The position numbers and the translations under genes were made by a program. 64,000 bases of DNA from Lama glama (taxonomy: Eukaryota), in assembly GCA_028534125.1 (NCBI GenBank), contig CM052818.1, positions 47,370,001 through 47,434,000 on the forward strand, in the 5' to 3' direction. This document shows, piece by piece, positions 1-13,129 of this stretch. Under the pieces are notes generated by a model, which worked only from the letters and a program-made list of their open reading frames with translations, did no database searches and was not told the DNA's origin. The stretch's first letter is position 1; each line of letters starts with the position of its first letter.

Positions 1-1402
1 ACGCACTTCAGACAAGCACAACTCTGTGCAAAGGTCTGGATCTTCCGAGGGCTGGTGCAGATAGAGCGACAGTCTTCGTCTTTAATCCTGTATCTGACAC
101 GAATTTAAATATCTTCATGGCATGCCTGCAAGATTTTTCAGAGCTGTTCCAAAAGGGATTAAGCTGGAGGTAGAGATGAATACATTGGTCAACTCCAGTG
201 TGTTACAATTTGGTAAAGAACTACACCATGGTAAAATGGCTAAAGATGCATATTAAAAATGAAAGTCTGTACTGCCATTAATAAAACTGGAACCGATCAT
301 TTATATAATCTATTCTACTTAAAATTAACCCTACAGCTTTAGAGAGAAATTTAGACACATATTCTTGGCATCAAAGCACACAGAAAGCTAGAAGAATACA
401 CACTTCGTGGCCAGGTGTCTCCCTGACCCCCAGCCCTCTGACACTCTTGGTCCTTTATCTCCTTCTGCCCTGGTTTAATAGTAGTCACCGTTCCGTTACC
501 TGGATGAGGTGGCTTTGAGAATCAAATAATTGAGTTTTGTGAGAGTGCTTTGCCGAGAACATTCACTGCACGTATCTGCACATTAATGACGTGCAATTAG
601 CATCACGAACAAGCGCGAAGTCGTGGCGTGCTTGCGGTGAGATGGTAGATCTTCCTGACACAGGTTCTTCAGTCCAAAAAGAAGTTTAATCATTAGGCAA
701 TCATTCTTAAGACACTGTTGGTTATTTTAAAATATTATTACTTATTCTACTCTAAAGTATTATCTACTTATAAAAATGAATTTTTTACGAGGGAGAAATT
801 TCAAGAGAAAAATCACTCCTGCACCATGGCTGGAAGACAACCAATGCGAACAATTTGATTTACTTCCTTCCCATCTTTTATTTCTTATTTATAGTTTTAT
901 ATTTTTAAGCATGGCCATGTTTACATGTAATTTTTATTTCCCTATTTTGTCTTAATGTTAAAACAAATATTTTCTCATGTCAAAATGTAGATTTTTGTGA
1001 CTCCAACTTCAGAGTACACAGCAAGCTGTTTTATTTTACCCAGAGGCAACATAGCTAACTTCCAGCTCTACCTTTGGCCTTCCCCAACTGTCTCGGTCTG
1101 TTCACATAAGTTTTTTAAAATTCATAAATAGAGAACGGTGACTTTGGGGAAAAGAACACTTGGCGGATCAGTCAGTAGGTACTTCATACTATCTGAAGTA
1201 TGGGGTGAGAATTTCTGGGGAGCAGTAGGCCTCACTGTCTGCTACGTTCAACACTCATATGTCAGTGCAAGAGGTACCAGGCTGCAGGTACGGGCCGTTG
1301 CAGCCGCAGGGTCGAGGCTCTGGTAGAAGAGCGTAAAAGCAAGGCATCAAGACTGACATTGGAAATGGTGCCACTGGCGAGAAATGCAGCCCAGTCCGGT
1401 GG

Positions 1403-1740
1403 TGGTTGTGGACTGAACCGCGTCACTGCAAAACCTACACATGGACGTCTCAGTCCCTCGCACTGTAGAATGTGACTGAGGTCACTGCAGTGCACCCCGA
1501 TCCAGTATGACCAGCATCCTCATAAGAAGAGATTAAGATGGAGACACTTGTAAAAGGAAGGCCCTGTGGCAGAGGCAGTGAGGGCACAGAGAGGAGGTAG
1601 CCACGTGTGACTCAAGGAGGGAGTCCTGCTGACACCTTGATCTTAGATGTCTAGTCCCCCAAACTATGAGAACATAAATTTCTACTGTTTAAGCTCCCCA
1701 CCTGTGGGACTTTGTTATGACAGCCCCAGCACACTGATAC
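1403..1740 (+). mobile_element. MaLR solo LTR, MLT1A/B-like
   Basis: Starts tggttgtggactgaac; contains cctcataagaagag and gctgacaccttgatcttaga; ends aaatttctactgtttaagc...tttgttatgacagccccagcacactgatac, typical MLT1 ends. Confidence 0.85.
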
Positions 1741-1759
1741 CAGGGTGAGGTTCTGGGGA

Positions 1760-2140
1760 GACAGACACCTGGGATGATATCTCAGGTTTTTTCCTTAATA
1801 ACTGTGCCTGACTCTAACCATCCATTCGCCTGGATCCTCAGCTATAAAACAGTGATAGCGGTACCTGCCTCCCCACTGGACAGGCCTGTAGAAAGACTGA
1901 GTTAAGATGCCCAAACCACACCTGGCACACAGGCAATGCCATGTAAGTGGTTGTTTTTTGTTATAAAAGTAAAGATGATGGATGTTGGCCTTAGACAGAC
2001 CAAAGTTTACATCCTAACTTGGCTACATCCCGACAGGCAAGCCACTTGGAGAGACTCCTCTCATTTGGAAAACGGGAGACTAATAGCTCATGCGGATGCT
2101 TGGAGAACTGAACGTGCCGTGCACACAGGGGATGGGGATT
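1760..2140 (+). mobile_element. Two adjacent decayed MIR SINEs
   Basis: MIR core-like segments cctcagctataaaacagtgatagcggtacctgcctc...cctggcacacagg and ctcctctcatttggaaaacgggagactaatag. Confidence 0.65.
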
Positions 2141-3628
2141 GCAACTCAGTCAGCATCATTGCCTGTGCTCAGCACTCCTGAGCCCCTGCGTCTACCAGGC
2201 AGGGATGGTAGAATTTTCCACTTACCAGAGGCCTTTTTGAACAACGTGCAACAGAACAAGGAATTGACGGGGCAGCACTGTGCCCAGCCAAAATCATCCC
2301 AGCAGTTGAAGACCCCAAACGCCCCATTTTAAGAGTGGATGAAAGTCACAGCCACCAGTACTGCCCATTCTGCTGTCCCTCTCGTTGGTGTCCGGGACTC
2401 GCTGTCTCTCCTACAGGAGTCCACACGGTCCCACCGGCCAAGCGGCCACGCTGCGCAATAGCTGATTGTCCACGTGCCCAACTGGCCTCGCTGGAACCCT
2501 GCTCTTCAAGAGTTTTTCTTGCAGTGTCTTGACTTGAGGGGGGTTATTTCTCTATTTCATGACGCAGCCTCTTCTTCAGGCATTTTCTCTTTCGGTGCAG
2601 AAGAGGGAGGACTGAGTTACAAACAGCAGCCCTGTTCCCAGCTGTCCCTCCCTTACCATGCAATCATGTCTTATTATAAAACGTGTGTTGAGCACCTCAT
2701 ATGTGCAAAGCTCACTGACACGTCCATTCATTTTATCTCTTTGAATTATCACTTCTTTTCAGGACACTGTCATGATGCACATGTTATGACGTCGAGACTG
2801 ACGCTCGAGAGATGATTGGAAACAGTGAGCAAGCCGAGGGTTGCAGGACGCAAACCCAGCCTTAATTCCCACTGTCTTATGTGCAGAACGTCACGTCCTA
2901 CCTGTGATTCATACCTCGGTTGACTTGCTTGTTTCACCTGGTCTTAAATTCCCTGTGGAATTCGTATAGAGCTGACTCGTAAGGAAGTGAATTTCACCCT
3001 GGACGAATTATACAGAAATCTTGGAGAAAAGGATGCTGTAACCAGACTGATTTTGCTTTGATGGATCTAACTGACTTTCAGCTTCTTGTTCTCTTTCTAA
3101 CCAGCAACCTGCTTCTCATCTTTCCTCCTTTGATGACTTTCCGGCATTTCAGTTCCAGGTCTCTCTGGGCCAGCTGCTGGTCCTCCTGCCCCAATCTTTC
3201 TCTCTTCCCAAGCGTAGCCTCCTCCCTTCCCTCCCTGAAATTTGCCCTGTCAGAAGAAATCCCTTGCCTGAGTGAGTGATGTGTGTTTGCAGTCATTAGT
3301 TCCCCCAGTTGAAGGCAGGATATCCTCTTGGCTTCCTAACCGGCTGTGCCCAGCTTTTTGTTCCCACACTGATGAGCTGGTAACGGCTGAGACTCAGAAC
3401 ATCAGTCCACGCTGGGGACCGTGAGAATCCGGAGTGCAGCTCGGGGGGTTCCAGGGACGTGCAGAGTGAGGCTCCAGCTGCCACGATGGAGACTCAGACA
3501 TCCGCCTCTTATTTCCTTCAGGGAAGAGAGACTCCTAATGGGGTCATCCAGGAGAGATTGCTTCCAGGAACTGGCTGGAGACCCACGTCTTTTCCATGAA
3601 CCTGACCCATTCCTCACTGATGCAGAGA

Positions 3629-3659
3629 AAAACAAACAAACAAACAAACAAACAAAAAA
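3629..3659. repeat. (CAAA)n/A-rich microsatellite
   Basis: aaaacaaacaaacaaacaaacaaacaaaaaa. Confidence 0.9.
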
Positions 3660-3709
3660 GCACATAGTATTTTTAGAAAGAAGAACAAAGCTTTCCATGA
3701 GGTCCCGTG

Positions 3710-4120
3710 GCTTCGTGCAAGTTCTGCTTCCTGCCAGCTTTGTGACCATGAGGTCACTAGTCACCTCTGCTGAGCCTCCGTTACCTCGTCTCCAGGATGA
3801 GGCTCATAACATAATGCCAGCCTGCTATGGGCTGAGTTATGTCCCCACGAAATTCGTAGACTGAAGTCCTAGCTCCCCCATATCTCAGAAGGTGACGTAT
3901 CTGAAGAGAGGGACTTCACAAGTTAAAACAGGGTGACCAGGATGCTGTAACCCTATATGACAGCAGTCCTTGACCTTGGACTTCTGGCCTCCAGGAGTGT
4001 GAGCTGGTAGGTTTCTACCATTTAAGTCATTCAGTCTGTGGAACTTTGGTATCGCAGCTCTAGCCACCAAATACAGAACTTTTTTGTAGGATTAAATGCA
4101 ATCACGTGGGTAAAATGCTC
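3710..4120 (+). mobile_element. MIR SINE interrupted by an MLT1 LTR
   Basis: tgtgaccatgaggtcactagtcacctctgctgagcctccgttacctcgtctccaggatgagg before the LTR; gtaggattaaatgcaatcacgtgggtaaaatgct after it. Confidence 0.7.
3823..4075 (+). mobile_element. MaLR solo LTR, MLT1A/B/C-like, internally deleted
   Basis: TG...CA ends: tgctatgggctgagttatgtccccacgaaattcgtagactgaagtcct ... ttggacttctggcctccag ... tttggtatcgcagctctagccaccaaataca. Confidence 0.85.
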
Positions 4121-5584
4121 CACAGTTATATAGGGGGCTCAGAAAATCGCACTGTCACAATTACTGCATTTATCATATCATCAGTGACACCATCGCTGAC
4201 GCTGGAAAGGACGGTTGTGCCCCAGGCTGACACCTGTGCCAAGAGCGTCCTCAGGCTCCAGTCAAGAGTGGCATGTGCGTGCGGCGCACTTCCACGGCGT
4301 GGTGCTGGGGGAAGCGGTGGCTCTCCACCTCTCTTACTCATGGTTTCTTTGCCCATAAAATGGGGAGCTAGGACTCTGCACCTATAAGCTTGTGGAGGTC
4401 TCTTTTGGCCCCATCATCCACGTGGCTGTGACTGGGCAATGGCTGGGATGTACTTTCCCCTCAACATAGGACTCAAGTCTCCACTAAAAGAGTCAGTGTA
4501 AGGGCATCAAATCCAGAGTGGGCTCTGGATCTCCCATGAAATACACGTGGACCTTTGTGCAAGTTAATTCTCTGGACCATCTGCAAACGACAGAGGCAGA
4601 ACAGAGTCTGAGCAATCAATAAGGCTTCTAAGAACCTATGACTCACATTTTGATACTGATGGTCACCTAATTTAGGTGATAACATTCCTTCCATCTGTGG
4701 GCAGCTCAATCTCACTGAAACATGCATTGTATCTCTTACCGAAAATGTGTTTTTTTTCCTCCTAATGTAGTTTAATCATCCTACTGCCATACGATTAGCA
4801 TTTTCAAGTGGATCGGAGTTAGTTGAAGCAGATGGTTTATCTTCTCTTATAGTGCTTCGACTTGGACATTATATCATTTCTACATCTAACTCCGTCCTTG
4901 CAGTGCTCAAGGAATCATTCCAAATTTTGCGCACTGTGTTTTGACTTATTTAATGCAGACGTACTTTACCCGCGGTAAACATGATTACCAAAATACTTTA
5001 ACTTGAGAGCTTCTGCTTTCCATTCTGATGTAATTAGTCACACTGCACTCTCTCTGCATTTAGGGGAAAGGGAGGGAAGAAAAGCGCCACACGCAGCATC
5101 TTGCAAATGTGTCCTTACTTCTCTGCAGATGCTCGCCTCACTCTTTTGAGTTTTCAGAGTGTCAGGCTCTTGAAACCCAGGCAGAAAGGTGTAGAGCTCC
5201 CAGAGCTGGCACCTAGTCAAATACAGGAGAGGAGACAAAGCTTGGGAAACAAAAGCGTCAAGTGAGCCTTTGCTGCCTTTGTTGGAGCCCCAAGTGTCTC
5301 AGCATCAGGATAATGTTCTCATGGGTAGGAATGAGCCGAGTCCCTTTGAGAAAACCATCGAACACCAACCGGCACCATGTCTTAAATAGGAGCTTCCCAA
5401 TAACCTCGTATGGAGGGAGGTGACCCCCATAACATCCGTGAGAACCACGGAGTCCGTACCTGATCTTGGTCAAGCCAGATCATTGAACTTTCCTTTATGA
5501 TTAGAATTACTGTGAAGTTTAGAGTTGATGTTTGCTCAGGTCCTCAGGGGGTCAGCACAAAGCAGGTTTGTGATAAATAGTGTT

Positions 5585-5630
5585 TGTTATGTTTTTCAGA
5601 TGAGGAAACTGAGGCTCAGAGAGACTGGAT
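5585..5630 (-). mobile_element. MIR core fragment
   Basis: cagatgaggaaactgaggctcagagag is the reverse complement of the MIR core. Confidence 0.85.
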
Positions 5631-5694
5631 GCCTTATGTTTATCACAGAATAACAATAGATTCAGATTTACATCTTATTTTTTTAATCAAAGTA

Positions 5695-5695
<1 letters not shown>

Positions 5696-5739
<44 letters not shown>
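5696..5739. repeat. (TA)22 microsatellite
   Basis: Perfect TA run. Confidence 0.97.
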
Positions 5740-5743
<4 letters not shown>

Positions 5744-8700
5744 AATGCACAGACTTCACTTACACGTTTCGTTGCTAACCTCTCTGGCAGCACCAAACTG
5801 CAGTCAATGGCTTACCCTTCCCCTGGCCCAGCACCCTAGTTTGAGCAGCTGGACTTCAGCCTTGTTCCCTGAACCAGTTCCTTGTCTGTTTCTTGGTCCT
5901 GGTTCCTGAGTCTTTGCCCCAGGATCACATCCTGGCCATTTCTCTTGAAGACCAGAGCCCTTATGCTCTTGCCAGCCCCCATTTTAGGTACAAACTTCTG
6001 TTGTTAAATTTCAACCCAGCTCGGCCCCTTCTGACAAACTGTGCAATTACCACTTTCCTTCCTTAAATTTCTGTATGTGTATCATCCCCATCACCCGCTT
6101 GATAAACATGTTGCTGCCTCGTCCAGGTGGCCGCCAGCCCTAACCCACAGCTGCTGTAAGATCCTGCCTGAGCCAGACTTCCTCCCAAGGCCGACAGCCA
6201 GCCCCACATCTCAGGGGCCCTCCTGCCCTCTGGCCACGCTCATCTATGCAGCCACTCTGGCCCTCGTCCAAGATGTGACGCATAAGACCATTAACAGCAA
6301 GGTCAGTCAGGTCAGCCTAACTTTCCTTTTTGGTAGCTGTGATCTAGAAGTGAACAGTTGACCAACCACCCCGGTCTCCCCTGACATACGCATCACTAAG
6401 TAAGACGACAGTGTGACTGGGAGAAAATGCCACTGCCCTGCTTCAGAGCTTCTCATGCCCTGAGGTGAGGGTGTAGGCACCCAAGGCCATTAAATAATTT
6501 TTCCATGGTCACAGATCTAAGAAATGTCTAAACTTTTGCCCAAACCTGTCTAATTCTACAGCATGTATACTTCCCACTTAGCATCTGCCCTCATTTTTTT
6601 TTTTATTTCTTTGTGCTTCCCTCTGTCTGCATGTGAGCGAGTCAAAAGCATCCTCATTCTTTGCTGGGGAGGCAGCACCTGCTGAGTTTCCATAGGCAGA
6701 CAGCTTTCAGCCAAGGGTATGGCGTCTCCGGTGTAGGACATTTGTTTATGGATAGTCCTTTTGGTAAATTTTATCTTTCACTGCATGTTCCCTCAAGCCA
6801 CCTCCTCACAATGCTGGGTGTCATGTGTTTCATAAAAGTGACAATTTGGGAATTTAGGGAAGGAGGAAAAGACAGAGGAAGACAGCCTCGGGACAGACTG
6901 CAGGCTTCAGCACAGGAAAGGGAGGTGATTGCCCTGGATTCTGCCTCTGGCCCCTTCTCTGCTTCTGGAAAGTGGTTTTAACATCATTTCTTGTCTCCTG
7001 AAAACCAGTGCTCTGTGAAGTCACCCCGAGTAGAGTGGATCTTCATTTTCTCTGGGAAAACTGAAGCATTGGACTGGCAAGAAAGAGACTGGATAGGATG
7101 ACTTCTTTGAAATGTATATTCAGCAGGGAAGAAAATGGACTGAGCTCTTAGGAGTTTTCAGAAAGCTAAAGAAACATAACGATTGTGTTTCTTAGCTTCA
7201 TCTACATAGTGAGTGTTTGGGTCACTTAGAATAATATGACTTTTCTAACAAGCATAAGTATAAGAAAGCCAATGTGCTTTTGGAAATAAAGACAAAATTC
7301 AGAAAATTTCTCGATAGCTAAATAGTCAGAGAATGGTAGGTGTCATTTAACACCAGAGAAGGTAAAGCTTTCAACACTGTCTGTCACAGCTGGTTCCTAA
7401 TGAGTGTTGTTCCCTCATTGCATGTGAGTCAGTTAATAACCACAATTTCATATAAGAGCAAAAAAGAATTTCACTAGTAATCTTTTCTCTTAAAAAATGT
7501 CTACTACCTAGTATGATGCATAAATTCACTATTTTTGTATGTAATTTTTATGACTTTAAAGTCATATTTATTCTCCACAAACCCCGACTCTTGTGGCCAA
7601 TTGAAAAAAAAATTAACTTGTATCTATGCTGGAGGAAGAAACAGAAAGAAACCAGTCTTTCTGGGATCAGCTAATTCAGCCACCTGGTCTAATAAAGCAA
7701 GTAGCTAAGACAGGACGCCAGGGTTGATCATCTTGTCACACTAGGTAACCGACATGCATGGAAGTTCGGGCAACATGGTAGCCTTGTCACATAACTTCTC
7801 CTGCCCTCCCCTCCCTCCTGATGGCATCACCAATCCCCTGGAAGAGTCAAAGGCATAATGAACTCTTTGGTCACTCAATTTGTATTGCTTATTAATTTTA
7901 TAATTATTTTGACTCTAGTCTTGAAAAAAATCCCTTATATTTCATTAACTGATTTCTGTTTCATTGGCCAGTAGCCATTTCAGATCTTAAATGCTTTAGT
8001 CCTCGCATCAGAGCTTCCAAATAATTTTCCTCTGTTCCTATTCCTCCGTCTTCCAACTCATCTTGAATTCCACCAATGATTCTGGAGATATTATTTTTAA
8101 TAATTATCATTTAATATATTAGAAAACAATGCATACCTATCACATAAAACCTATGAGTCTGCAGATGGTTTTACTTAGGATGGATCTAAGTCAAGAAAAT
8201 GAGTCAATTTAGAATTAGTGTAAAAGTAAGTAGGAAATAAACAACAGCACACAAATATGGCAAAACCATGACTGAACGTTGGAGCACGCCGCTGCGGAGA
8301 GAGTAACACGAGATGTGGGGTGAGAAACCCCTGCACAAGCCGGCTCTGCCATTTAGAAGCTCTGGCCGAGTCACGTTGGCTGTGAGCATTAGGCTTTTTC
8401 ATTAATGAAATGAGGAAACAATGCTATACATGCGGAATAATATATATGTCACAGATGTGTACGGATTATAAATTTCACCTTCTTAAAGTGAAATGGCATC
8501 TGTCTCAGAGCCTGTTCCCACCTGGGTGCTGAGAAAGTCAACCTCCCACAGGCTTGAGTGAGTACCCCGCCCCCGCCCTGATGGTGGCGCTCAGAAAATG
8601 ACGGACAGTCATCACTTGACTTCACCAGGATTGCCTCCGTGTTCAAGATGGAAACCTGAATTTGTTTCTACTCCATCTTCCTGAATAGAAGGGGTGGGAA

Positions 8701-8811
8701 GTGAACTCCTCAGTCTAACTGGACGCATCGATTCTTTTGACTCTTGTGTTGATGGGTAATGGTCGGAGTTCTTTGCCTCAGATTGAAAGGATACAGGGAA
8801 GAAGAAAATAG

Positions 8812-9120
8812 AATTTATGAAATGCCTACTGTTTGCCAGGTGCTAGGCTAAGCTTATCTATCTATCATTTTTCTCTTGATTGAGAGATAGATAGATGGGG
8901 AGATGGATAGATGGGGAGATGGATAGATGGGGAGATGGAGAGATGGCTAATTTCACTGAATTCGCATAGTTGCTCTAAGATTGATACTTTGTCATTAAAG
9001 AAACCGAGGCTCCCAGAGATGGAGTATTTTGCCCAGAGTCACATGACCAGTGGGGACCAGAGCCAGGAATCAAAGGTAAGTATCTCTAACTCCAAAACCT
9101 ATGCTCTTTCCACTATGCAC
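8812..9120 (-). mobile_element. MIR SINE with an internal simple-repeat expansion
   Basis: atttatgaaatgcctactgtttgccaggtgct ... gaaaccgaggctcccagagatggagtattttgcccagagtcacat ... tccaaaacctatgctctttccactatgc. Confidence 0.85.
8891..8938. repeat. 16-bp tandem repeat (ATAGATGGGGAGATGG)x3
   Basis: Three perfect units read directly from the sequence. Confidence 0.9.
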
Positions 9121-10154
9121 CCTTGAACTCTCACCAGCACACATTAAACTCTGGGGTAATTGCCTCTTCTGCTTGCAAAAGACAGTGTATTGATTTTGAG
9201 ACAAGCCCGGAAGAACTAGGCAATTTGCATTTTCAGTGCATCTGTCCGTCTGGGCACGTGTACTCCCTGCAGAGTGGCTTCATGGGCCATTAGAGAGGAA
9301 TCCTGAAGGAAGGCTACTGAAAGTGCGGCTTCCTGCGCTTCCAGAGCTCGTGGTGCTGGCAGTCTGGAAGGGGGCCCGGTAGTCTGCGACTTTTGCAAAT
9401 GATTCAAATAACTCGATTTAAGAAGTACTGTCTTAGCAAACTCACCAAAAGAAAGCAGCCCCAAATTCTTCTCTGTTGCTAACCTAATGAAACCATGTAT
9501 TTCCTCCTGCAGTAAAACTTCCCTTCTTTTAAAGATATTTCCCTTCAGATGTGGAGGCTGCTGCATCACGTGAAAGAAAGGCAGTCCCTGACCTCCCAGT
9601 TGGGACTGAGAAGGGCAGTGGTGTCAGGGCAGAAATCAGCCACAGAAGATGAATGAGGACACTTGTAAAACCATGCGCCAGCCTAGCGGGGAGTACCCCG
9701 TATTTGTTTATTTTAACATCCGCACTGCTGGGTGTTAGACGTTGCAATAGGCAATAAGGTTATGGAAGCGGACAAGGTAAAGTCTCTGCCCTCCAGGGGT
9801 TCACAGCCTGGTGAGCGAGATGGGAGAGCAGATGATTCCTGCCCAGCAGGCCAGGCGCCGTGATGAGGCCTCCAGACAGCTCTCCAGCCGCCTTCATCTG
9901 CGCTGACCCTCGGTGGCTTCACTCCTAAAGGCCACCTTGGCTCCGGAAGCCCCGGCATCCAGAATTGGTCCCTCCCTCCTACGTGGCCAGTGAGCCTTCT
10001 AGAATGTTTATCCGTATCTGTCAGGTGGCCTCTCTCATCCTGCTCAAATTCTCCAGCAGGGTGCCAGATTGCCAGGGTGAAATCAAAGCCACCAGCTTAG
10101 CCTCATGACTCTGTCCTTTTGCAAGCCTCTGGCCCTCTCTCCCCGTGGAAGAGT

Positions 10155-10654
10155 NNNNNNNNNNNNNNNNNNNNNNNNNNNNNNNNNNNNNNNNNNNNNN
10201 NNNNNNNNNNNNNNNNNNNNNNNNNNNNNNNNNNNNNNNNNNNNNNNNNNNNNNNNNNNNNNNNNNNNNNNNNNNNNNNNNNNNNNNNNNNNNNNNNNNN
10301 NNNNNNNNNNNNNNNNNNNNNNNNNNNNNNNNNNNNNNNNNNNNNNNNNNNNNNNNNNNNNNNNNNNNNNNNNNNNNNNNNNNNNNNNNNNNNNNNNNNN
10401 NNNNNNNNNNNNNNNNNNNNNNNNNNNNNNNNNNNNNNNNNNNNNNNNNNNNNNNNNNNNNNNNNNNNNNNNNNNNNNNNNNNNNNNNNNNNNNNNNNNN
10501 NNNNNNNNNNNNNNNNNNNNNNNNNNNNNNNNNNNNNNNNNNNNNNNNNNNNNNNNNNNNNNNNNNNNNNNNNNNNNNNNNNNNNNNNNNNNNNNNNNNN
10601 NNNNNNNNNNNNNNNNNNNNNNNNNNNNNNNNNNNNNNNNNNNNNNNNNNNNNN
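10155..10654. other. Assembly gap (500 N)
   Basis: Run of N. Confidence 1.
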
Positions 10655-11511
10655 GCTCTCGTGTTTCCATAGGCATGTCTCTCTTTTAAAATCCCCCTTT
10701 ACCTGCCATTCTTTCTATCTGAAATGTCTCCCGTAGCACTGACACCTCTGTCTTGTGAACTCCTACGCATCCTTGGTTGTCGCCTGGACATTGTCTGCAC
10801 CCAGAAGCCTCTCCTAGCCCCACTCCTTCTGGGGCGAGGGCTCTGCTCTCTCATAAGCCCGGGGGCTGGCCCCGTCACTGCGTGTGGCTCTCCAGGCTCT
10901 AACTGCTGATTTACTTTCCCTCCCTCTCTTTCCTCTGTGTTCCCAGTGTTGCCTGTATTTCCCAAACACCCATTGCCATCAGTGACATGTGGGAGGGGTC
11001 CACTCCCTGCGGAATAAAGAAAGAAGTAGGGAGGAAATAAACGTAATTGGGAGGGGAAAAGGGAAGTAAGACATGCTGATGGTTAGGAAAGCAAAGGACT
11101 TGGTGCCATCTTGGGAAGGGTTTAAAATACGGGGTTTAGAGTGTCAGAAGGGGAGGGGAGCAGAACGCCGCGAGCCCTGGCTCCTCGGCCTGCACAGGAA
11201 CGGTTGAGCTCAGCCCGGCGAGGAGGCAGATCTTCCGGGAATAACCCACTCACCGCGGCGCTGTGGCCTCCCGCCCACACCCCCGGGGGCTGCGCGGGCT
11301 TCCTCTGTTTCCTGCCTGCCCACTCACGTGTGATTTGGTCTCTCTCTCATCAGAGAAGCTATTTTCTCTCGCAACATATGCTTATTTTTCCTTCTACCCA
11401 TCCTTCTGAAATGCTCACATCTCTCTCTGACATTTGTCAAAATGGCTTCACCTCGTGCCGGTTCTGTAAATTCACTTCTTGGCCGACTTGCTGAGTGCCG
11501 AGAACTCCCCT

Positions 11512-11545
11512 TGCAATTTAGCGACCCAGCCACCAGGTGGCAGGA
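11512..11545 (+). promoter_or_regulatory. Candidate CTCF site (core plus upstream motif)
   Basis: CCACCAGGTGGCAG at 11530 matches CCASYAGRKGGCRS; TGCAAT starts 18 nt upstream, at 11512. Confidence 0.6.
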
Positions 11546-12150
11546 CCGTGCTCACGCTGCCAGGTGCTGGCGGTCCCTGAACTCCCGAGGGATGCGGAGC
11601 GGGCTTCCCCTCGGTTCAGGAGCGCTTTCTGCCATCCTCCCAGGGCCAGCCTCAGCCTCTGCTCGGGAACCTCCAGAGACAGATTATACGGACAGCCCAC
11701 TCTACATCCAGGTCCATCTCAGACGTGGAAGCTCTATGTAACAAGTCGATAATATTTTCTGTGCAAATAATAGGGGTCCAGAATTTTCATAAGAGCTGGT
11801 GATACAAAGCTGTGCTCTGGTCTTAAGAGCTCACATCCCCTAGTGAGCTCTCCTTTTACAGCAGTGGAAGTTTGCTTGAAAAACTCGCAGACTCCTGGCC
11901 GGCTCGCAACGCTCTGGTGTGTCACTGACCCCTATTCTTCAAAACTCATAGCGTCTCTCTTCAACTCCCTTCAACTCCCTTCTTTTCTCCTTCTAGCCCC
12001 AAGGAGCCTGACAGAAGAAACTAAAAGAAAATAAAGAAGCTAGAGTGGCTTTGTTCCCTAAGTTGTTCTCTTCTTTTTCTCCCCGTAAGGAAGGATTCCA
12101 ATGTCCCTCCGCCTGGGTCCGCTCGGTTTGCCTGAAGTTAATTCACTCAC

Positions 12151-12350
12151 CAGCTGTTGAGGCTGGTTCTGTTCGTGGGTGAGATCTGGCTGCTCACCCA
12201 GCCTTCCGAGCGGCAAGTGGGTCTGGCCTCGTTAGAAACCATGTGGCCTCCGTAGCTGGCACCGCCGCCGTCCCCGGAGTCGGCCCGGATTACATCAGCC
12301 TCCTCCGATGGCCAGAAGCGGATTTCACTCTTTCCCTCTTGCAGATGCAT
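12151..12350 (-). other. Candidate coding alternative first exon (MHLQEGKSEIRFWPSEE...RTSLNS), gene unknown
   Basis: ATG-initiated 66-codon frame running into a CTG|GTGAGT donor; 48 of 66 codons end in G/C (hand count); CpG-rich; no homolog recognised. Confidence 0.3.
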
Positions 12351-12829
12351 GCTGTCTCCTCGCTGCCTTCTGACTTTGCTTTCTAGCTCAGAGACGCATC
12401 GTCAGTTCCTACCTCATTTTCGGGCAGAGGTGCTGTCGTGCTTTTAAGGGATGCGGTCTTAACGTTCCCATCTCAGCTCCAGGTCCGCAAACCCGCATCT
12501 GCCGGGGTTACTGTTCTGGGGAACGGCTGTCCGAAATATTATCTATTTTCAGGTCAGCCCAAATATCTTGAGTAGACAGCATGAACTGAATGATACGATT
12601 TTTTGGCAAACTTAGGAACAAGATCCCAAGCAGATGCTCAGGAGGGCACCACTGCTCACCCGGGACGGCTTGTGTCCAAGAGGCTTATCAGCACTGCGCG
12701 GGCTTGACCCGCTCTAGGTCGGGCAGATGAGGAGGAGGCTTTTTGATAGAATTAATGAGACTGAAGAAGATCTTATTTTGATCTTCGATTTCATTAGTTA
12801 GCACCACTCAGAAGTGTGTTGATTTGGGG

Positions 12830-13040
12830 GAAGAAACTAACATTATTGACCACCTGCCCACACACATCAAGCGCTCTAAGGTGTGTTCATGTGACCCTCA
12901 CGGCGATCTTGTAAGCACCCTACTATTGTCCTTTTTAAGAAACATGAAACTGAGACCCAAGAGTAAGTAATTTTTAACTAATGTTGCACAAAAAATAGAG
13001 ATTCAAACCAGGATATAATTCTAGGACTGTTTGGATTCAA
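12830..13040 (-). mobile_element. MIR SINE
   Basis: cattattgaccacctgcc...ctattgtcctttttaagaaacatgaaactgagacccaagag...gattcaaaccagg. Confidence 0.7.
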
Positions 13041-13129
13041 ACTTGTTCTCCTGGAAAGCAGAATATTTCTTTTCTAAATTAACTTTGGTTTCTGTTAGAT
13101 GAAACAGAATGGATTATATAAGCAAAACT

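Noticed and set aside
10083..10736. Long ORFs on both strands
   Set aside because: Artefacts of the 500-N gap
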